A stretch of DNA of 64,000 nucleotides, taken from Eledone cirrhosa (Eukaryota). The DNA lies in assembly GCA_964016885.1 (NCBI GenBank), contig OZ024749.1, forward strand, positions 25,110,001 through 25,174,000. The letters are read 5' to 3'. The notes under the pieces were generated by a model. The model made no database searches, was not told the DNA's origin, and was given only the letters and a program-made list of their open reading frames with translations. Made by a program: the position numbers and the translations under genes. Positions 55,758-64,000 of the stretch are shown here, one piece after another. Every line of letters begins with the position of its first letter. The first letter of the stretch is position 1.

Positions 55758-57395
55758 GAAAAGAGAAGATAAACGGATTGTACTTGTAATTTCCTACCCA
55801 GTCTTGTAAATTCTGTTTCTCCGAAGCCTAGCTTCACAAAATGTGTACTGGGGCAGTTACTAATATATGCCAGTGACCCAATAATCACAGATAAATATCT
55901 AAAGGTATAGCCAGGGCGGAGTATCTGCATAGTCCTGCATAGATATTCTCTTTTTTGCTGATATTTAATAATATATTGGTACCTAACCTCCACTACTGTG
56001 CATGTCTTCTTTTCTTTTATTGGGGTTTTGACTGGAATATTCCACCAATACTATTTCATATTACGTATGTATATGTCTTACTCATCGCCGTAATTATGTA
56101 AGTATGTATATATGTATGGGGGTGTATTTGTGTATGAGTGTGTGTGTGTATGTCACTGTGTGCGTTTGTGTGCTACAAAATAGTACAATAGAGAATATAC
56201 GATAATCTAAATCCTAAAATATATTTTTCTTTAAAATAACAGGATTTCATACGAACGGAATATATCTAAAACTGATGAATTCGTATGAATATGTCTTAGA
56301 AAGGCTTATATGTCTTATATGTCTTATACATTCTGATTCTCTCCAGATGTGATTCATACAAAAGATGACTTAAATATTATGTCTACTATTGTATATTCTA
56401 TGTGCTATAGGATATTAACAAAATATTGTTAATGCATATGGTCGAAAATCTATGCACGCAAAAATTATTCGTTTGTACTTCGATTTAGCTTGTGCTAAAT
56501 GAATTTAGTTAATGATTTTCTTTTAAATTGCTGATTTTATGTAACATATTCCAATATGAAATATATTCAAATAAACAGCTATCTAAAAATCGATACAACA
56601 TAACAATAGCGTTTTGTGAATAATTTGGTCGATAATGATTTTTAAGTCTTTATATCACGTCATTCATTTAACTCTTCATTCTCTTTCATGTTAGAGAAAG
56701 AAAGATGGAATGAAATATTAAAATATGGCTAAGATTAAAACAAAAACAATAGAAAATAGCCAACCCGGGAATCCATTTTACTTATTCAACGTTAACATAA
56801 TTTCCGTCTCTATTCTGAATATATTCATTAAGCTACTAATCCATCGCTGAGAAGTGTTGAATGCAATCTATTCAGTCATTCAGTGCCTGAAGCCTGCTAA
56901 GGTTTTACATTCACATTACCTTTATTCTATTCATTAAAACAGTTTCTCCTCCTTCAATTGAAATGATATGACAACAGCTATATGCGTTACGTTGCGTTTT
57001 CCGCCTTCCTCTTTTACACATTTCTACACTTTTTCGCAAATCTTTCCAGAAAATTGCTGAAGGTTTACTTCATTAAAGATGGAACAGCATTTCATGAAAT
57101 GCTCTCGGCATTCTATTATATTGTTCCATATGAACAGTTTCTGACAAGATCTAATCAATTGGAAAGCAGTTGAGAGAATGTGTGTGATCAGAGTGAAAAA
57201 TCTCATATCAAGTGCATTTGAAAGACTAGGAATATCGACATCGAAGCTGCATATATTTCCAACTATTCTTCTGTGTACGGGCAAATTTAATAAATATTAA
57301 CGCATAGATTTTCGGTGGCAAAACCTGTAAATTTAAATCCGACTCATATATGTCACAGGTAGAGTTTCAGAAATGGCTGTATTATTTAGGTTCAT

Positions 57396-57810
57396 CAAGG
57401 CGGTGGATTGGTAGTATTGGCAGAGGGTCGGACGCCATGTTTGCAGCATAGAGTTACGGCCCTTTATGATATGTGTTCAAATCCCGCCGAGGCTCACTTT
57501 GCCTTTCATCCTTACGGGGTCGATAAAATAAAGTAACAGTAATGCACTGGGATAATTGCTGGCCGTGTGCCAAACATAGAAACAATTTCTAAAAGCGTGG
57601 TGGAATGGCAGAATCGTTAGAGGGTCGGACGCCATGCTTTGCAGCATAGAGTTACAACCCTTTGTGATCTAGGTTTAAATTCTGCCGAGGTTAACTTTGC
57701 CTTTCATACTTATGGGGTCGATAAAATAAAGTAACAGACACATACTGGGGTCGATTAATCGACTTTCCCCTCCTCCCAAAATTGCTGGCCTTGTGCCTAT
57801 ATTAGAAACC
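57396..57810 (+). mobile_element. Dimeric SINE family A (short + long monomer) inside one 15-bp TSD
   Basis: attatttaggttcat at 57381-57395 and 57811-57825. Confidence 0.88.
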
Positions 57811-59039
57811 ATTATTTAGGTTCATTGTCCATGGCTTTAGTTCAATCAGCAGAGGAATCGTTTCACCTCCACACCGTGCTAGATGCAGGGCTATAATTAG
57901 AATTTGGAGGCCCGCGACAGTTCATGTTTTGGAGACACAGGGCAGTTCAGGTTTGGGAGGCTGAGGACTTTACTTAGAGGGAGCACTGTTTGATAACGGC
58001 TACTCATAATATTCGCTCACTCCGGCTTCCGATTATTGAGGCCTTGCCTAGATAATATTAGTAAGAGTCATCTTCTGGGCTAATCCAGTTGTATAAAATA
58101 GACTGTGACATATATTTCTCTAATGCACAAAAAATACTATTTTATAATTTTATAATGTGATCAGAAACCATGTAACTAGTATTAAACATATTTTGATCGA
58201 AATATATAGTGATTCCGACCAAATAAAATATATATACTCCTATATACTATATATATACACACACACACACATACACACGCACTCACACACACCCACACAT
58301 ACACACACACACACATATATATATAATGTGAAAGAATAAACCTAGCTTAAATATTCCTTTTACTGATTTAATTAAATGTAATAATTAGCGTTATAGTCCA
58401 TCTCAATGATTCCAGTAATTTCGGTATTTCATCTCCTGATTATGTTTAATAGTCACAATATATTGTGTCGTTAAGTATGAAATTTGTAGAAATTTGTATT
58501 TTTTTCTGTAAAGTTGTGCAAATTTCATACTTGGCGACCCAATATCAACTCATAGACGTTACTCTTTAATTTGTCCTCACTTTAAGCCGCGGAATATGCA
58601 CGAATCCGAATTAAGTTTAATGTTAAATTAATTACTTTAAATCTAGTAAATATAACTTACATTAGTTCATCTCGACTTCATATTGATGTGTGAACAAGGT
58701 ACAATAAATACACCCCAAAATCCGTTCTAATCGTTGTTTAATAACGATTACATACTGGGTGAATCAAACGTAGCGCCCAGTTTCTGGTTAAGCCATGCTC
58801 ATGTTGTTGATGTTCTTAATATATTACCTTTCTTTGGTTGGGGAAATTGATAGCGAATACCACTACCGTGTGTCTAAACTCAGTTCCTGCTCGCTTGAAA
58901 TTCTGAGTGTGGATACTCTGAACATTGAAAGTAAAAAGGCCTGTTACAATTACTTATTTTCTGGCTTGCTATATTCAAACATTCATGCATAAATACATAC
59001 ATATATAGATACATAAACACATGTATACATACATACATG

Positions 59040-59382
59040 ATGGCTACCTTTCGTTATCGAGTATGGCCATTGCACGATATAACATTATTAATAATTAATA
59101 ATTAATTCTATCGTGCAATGCCTGTGCGTGAAGTTTTTATCTGAAGTGAGGAAAGACTATGCACTGAGCCAATCCCACTCTCTGAGCGACAGTAGCTATA
59201 ACCTGAAAAGAAGAAAAAATCAACATCATCGGTAACTCCTGAGCCGGAGGTTTTATGTCGGAGTTTTGCCAGTTTCCTGAGTTGCCCTCTTCTAGAAGAA
59301 TGCCCTGACAAAGCTAGGGGTTCTTCACTGCTAGTGGTTTAAGCGCGCGATCGGGCATCCAGGCCAATTATTTCTATGTCTC

Positions 59383-59388
<6 letters not shown>
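59040..59388 (+). mobile_element. Probable pLTR remnant with short 5' inversion (59067-59122) and degenerate hammerhead (59300-59358)
   Basis: cattgcacgata/tatcgtgcaatg hairpin. atgcc-CTGACaA-agctag...ctagt...gcgcgc-ga-TC-gggcat with GAAA lost. Confidence 0.4.
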
Positions 59389-59427
<39 letters not shown>

Positions 59428-60361
59428 TATACATATATATATATATATACATATATGTACATATATACATACATACATATATACATATGTATACATATAT
59501 ATATACATACGTACATATATACATACGTACATATATACATATGTACATACATACATACACAGATACAAAGATTCATGCATATATACTGTACATTCATTCA
59601 ATATATGCATACAGTGACGATGGAATATGTGTTAAACGACAAAACATACTACAAAAGATCAAGAAACATTTCACAATAAGCTAACGTTATTTCTGGCCTT
59701 GTGCCTAAAATAGAAACAGTTATTTCTTAATTAGTGAACGAACCACGTCTACATATGACAAAAAAATCTCCAAAACCTGACGATAACGAATTAGAAACAC
59801 ATGCAAGTGTAGATTCACGCCTACTGTAAACATAAAATATCCGCCATTATATTAACATAAAAATTGGTGATGCATCTTTCAACTGAATTCTTATGTTTTT
59901 AAATTAAAATATAAAATAAAATGGAGCAAACGTGAAAAAAAAAATTCCATCCTCAATTAAAGTGAATTAAAACTGGAACATATACGTGTTCTGAATACAG
60001 GATGGTGAATGTAAATTTACTTCACAAACACATATAGATGCCACGCATGGATATATGCATATATATATATACACATACACACTCGCACAAATATATATAT
60101 ATATATATATTTTTGTGTGTGTATATATGTATATATGTATATATGTATGTGTGTGTATATATATATATGTGTGTGTGTGTGTATGTATATATATATACAT
60201 ATATATATACGTATATATACGTATATATATATATATATTTTACATATATATATACATATATATACATATTTATGTATATGTATATATATGTATGAATATA
60301 TTTGAATATATGTATTTATATATATAAATATATACATATATATATACATATATATATATAT

Positions 60362-60806
60362 ATTGACAATAAATAGCTAGAATGAAATATCTTAATTCAA
60401 ATACATATAGTCTGCCTGTACCGATCTAAAAAATAATAAATCAATACTCACGAACATATATGGGCAAAAGGCCTTGGTACCAAGACACGTTTAAATTTCC
60501 TTTGTGAAACACGTTTAAATTTTGAAGTTCGGACTGATCTGCGGAAACAGTTTGTATTTTGAAATTTAAACGTGTCTAGGTACCAAGGCCTTTTGACCAT
60601 ATATGTTCGTGAGTATTGATTTATTATTTGTTTAGATCGGTACAGGCAGACTATATGTATTTGAATTAAGATATTTTATTCTAGCTATTTATTGTCAATT
60701 GCAACAAAAACATGTAACTGTTTATCATATATTAATTTATACTGCTCAGAAGCGATTCTTAGAGCTAAAATAATTGTAAATGACCCCATTGAGTGTAAAC
60801 TCTAAG
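60362..60806 (+). mobile_element. Fold-back element (arms 60362-60499 / 60561-60699) + right tail; no recognisable HHR
   Basis: ~138-bp inverted arms, 61-nt spacer, (TA)n both sides. Confidence 0.8.
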
Positions 60807-60807
60807 T

Positions 60808-60879
<72 letters not shown>

Positions 60880-60997
60880 ATAAATATATTTGAATATATA
60901 TATGTATATATATATATGCATGCATATACAAATATACATATATATATATGTGTGTGTATGTATATATATATATATATATATATATGCATGCATATAC

Positions 60998-61033
<36 letters not shown>

Positions 61034-61611
61034 CAATGATATCAATCAGCCTTTCATAAAAGTTCAGCGTAGTTAGACAACGGAGATATAAACTTCCAAT
61101 GGTCTTCCGTTCCACTTAACCGTCAACAATATCTACGTATAGTAATATGTATATGCATGTCTGTGTCTGCGTGTGTGCGTGCGGAAGTCTGTCTATGAGG
61201 TTTTACCTCCTGCAATGTGTGTCAATCCTTTTACTATGTAATATATATTATTGAATTTCGGATATTATTGAATTTTGGGTATAGTCCTTGATATTGGGCA
61301 TATCTATATATATATACACACACATATATATATGTATGTGAGTGTGTGTAAGAATATATAATTGTGTAATCTTTAATATTTGTTTCCTTATTTGGTTTCG
61401 CCTTGTATTTAAAAAGGTGTATTTACTACATCATGTATCATTTCTCTTCGTTTAACACACACCCACACGGACACACCAGCACCCCCATACACACTTTTAC
61501 AGAGGCTCACATATATATATGTATATATACATGTATTCATATACATGTATAGTTATATATATATATATGTATATGAACATATATATATATATACATCATA
61601 TGTATATATAT

Positions 61612-61862
61612 AAATAATTTCCTTTACTCTTTAAACATTTTTCCTCCCTTTCCTCTTCCCCATCTTTGTTTTTAAATATCTCCCCCCCCCCCCCCCACAT
61701 CCTCTGAACACTCTTCCTACCCACTGTTCTCCCGATGAAGGGCTCATGCCCGAAACGTCGTACCCCACCCCTCACTCGCAAGCGTGAAACTAAAATCATA
61801 CCATTTGTACTGCCTCTCTGTTTTTTGTTCTTTCTACATTTATTCAACTATATATAAATAAA
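61612..61862 (+). mobile_element. Penelope/Poseidon-type solo pLTR with minimal hammerhead (61732-61759)
   Basis: CcGATGA-a-gggc-tcat-gccc-GAAA-c-GTC, with downstream AATAAA. Confidence 0.7.
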
Positions 61863-62419
61863 TGTTCCACGTTGTGTTTGGCAAAGAAATATGTAGTTGA
61901 AGACGTGCGTTGTTTGTGTTTCAGCCTGTCAAAATATGCTTTTTATATTTTGATTACGTTATTAATTTTAAAAATATCATTTTCATGTGTGATATTTCCA
62001 TCTTGTTTTATTAATTCTAAAAAAAAAACGAAAACATAACAACAGCAGCAGCAATTGAACAGAGAACAAAACAAAAAGAAAAAACACACAAATATTTATT
62101 TCCTCTTCGTAAATTCACAATTCGTTGCTTGAGTCGAAAGAGATATATTTTTGTTTTGTATTTTCTTTCGTAATTTTTTTTAATTTAAACAAAATATAAC
62201 TTTCACTTCGTTAAAATAAGAAAATGCCAAAAAGTAAACAAACGGAAATTTTAATGCATATTTAATAATTATCGAAAAATTGAATTGTGAACATGTGAAT
62301 TTGAAATGAGGGAATTGAAAATATGGGGTGAAAAATGACGCTAACATTGTATCGATTCATATTTTAATGTATTTGATACTACTATTATTAATATTGCAAG
62401 CGAAGGATTTATTCACTCG

Positions 62420-62730
62420 GGGGTAAATTATTTTAGAGCATCGGGTAAATCCTTAGCACTATTTGTTCTGGCGCTTTAAGTTCTAAGTTCATATCGCAGT
62501 GAAGTTAGCTTTGACATTCATCTTTACGGTACCGATAAAATATAGTACCAATAACCCAGAGCGGTTGATTAAAACGACTTTCACCTCCTCAAAATTCTTG
62601 TTCTTGTGTATAAATCAGAAACCATTGGCGGTGTAAAGTCACAGCCCTTTACGTACTAAGTTCAAATCCGACCATGGTTAGTTTTGCGTTTCATCCTTCT
62701 GGTGGTCGATAAAAAGAATTACGAGCAATT
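62420..62730 (+). mobile_element. Decayed SINE family A copies
   Basis: aagttca(t/a)atc, ttcatc..tacggtaccgataaaata. Confidence 0.65.
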
Positions 62731-63329
62731 TAATCAAATTTGCATTTATTTGCATTTATGCAACTATATGTTCCCCAGACAAAACGTGTGTGTTTCTGTA
62801 ACCACTTGTACCTTTGTAAGAGAAAATAAAAACCTGTGCTTTTGATGCTATCGGTGCCCTAGTTAAAACGTGGGTGTAACCAACTCTACATTAGTAAAAA
62901 CGTGTGTGCACATGGTGTCGTAGTCACAAAAGTGTTTTTGCAGCTATTAGTACCGAAGCTAAAAATGTTTCTTTACAATACCAGAACGAAAAGAAAAAAA
63001 AAACGACTGAAGTGCGTCTCTGCAGTCGTTGCTGCCGTATTTAAATAGAATGTATTTATATAGTCATGGTGCCGTAGATAAAGAACGTGATTTCATGCAG
63101 CCATTTGTGTTACAGATAAAAAGGAAAATGTGTCAATATAGTCATTCTGACTGATAGAAAAATATATATTTCATTCTTGAAATGTCGCTTAATGAAAGCA
63201 TCGTTGGCATAAAAAAATATGTATACACATATATTTAGTTTGAACTATTAGCAATAAGCACCTCATGTATGTATATAAATATAAATACATACACACACCT
63301 AAATATACATACTTACATACATACATAAA

Positions 63330-63410
<81 letters not shown>

Positions 63411-63537
63411 TGAATAGTCGACCAATAGAATGGATCTCAGGAAATTGATCGTTAAAATATATGAAAAGAAGGAACATATATGATTTAAAATATAGAAAAA
63501 ATCATTGTATGCTACTCTCACTCTCTCTCTCTATGTA

Positions 63538-63590
<53 letters not shown>

Positions 63591-63806
63591 CTCCTGCTCT
63601 CTCTCTCCATCTCTCTCTGTCATTCTGTCACAATATTTTTCTCACTCTCTTCTACTTTCTCACTGGTGCTTCAATTGATATTTCACTGATGTAAATACAC
63701 TGATAACCCAGTAGCAATGTGGTGGATATATTTATATATATATATGCGTTTCGCTTATTTCTACCCGCCGAAATCCGATTCTCGGTGAATTTATATTTAT
63801 ATATAC

Positions 63807-63890
<84 letters not shown>

Positions 63891-63932
63891 ATAACCAAAA
63901 TAACAAAACAAATGGCACTGAACACAAGGAAC

Positions 63933-63968
<36 letters not shown>

Positions 63969-63970
<2 letters not shown>

Positions 63971-64000
63971 CGTTTCTGAATTTGTTTACCAAGATTCTTT
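63969..64000 (-). mobile_element. 3' tail of another PLE family 1 copy (continues beyond window)
   Basis: ttcgtttctgaatttgtttaccaagattcttt matches 8123-8155. Confidence 0.8.

Noticed and set aside
56982-57300. Possible host exon in unique sequence (also 52350-52750)
   Set aside because: Stops in candidate frames, no recognisable domain, no supported splice pair.

Overview
Very AT-rich eukaryotic (metazoan) non-genic DNA dominated by (TA)n, (CA)n and (GA)n microsatellites. The SINE content and composition suggest an octopus or other coleoid cephalopod, which is my inference. I found no host protein-coding gene, and nearly all listed ORFs are microsatellite translations. The real coding content is two 5'-truncated Penelope-like retroelements (PLEs; RT plus Cys-rich linker plus C-terminal GIY-YIG, Neptune-like) at 8124-11897 and 39830-43560, a decayed third PLE, and old LINE fragments. 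There are also many tRNA-derived SINEs and two DNA-transposon MITEs. The main unexplained structure is a set of at least 12 fold-back (palindromic) elements from several unrelated families, embedded in (TA)n. In most, both 3' ends point outward, one arm is full-length and the other stops at a fixed internal site. Most carry minimal hammerhead-ribozyme (HHR) motifs, about 20 in the window. One family is a 549-bp tandem non-coding HHR unit (retrozyme-like), and another retains only the 3' half of a hammerhead. All coordinates and foldings were read by eye and may be off by a few nt.
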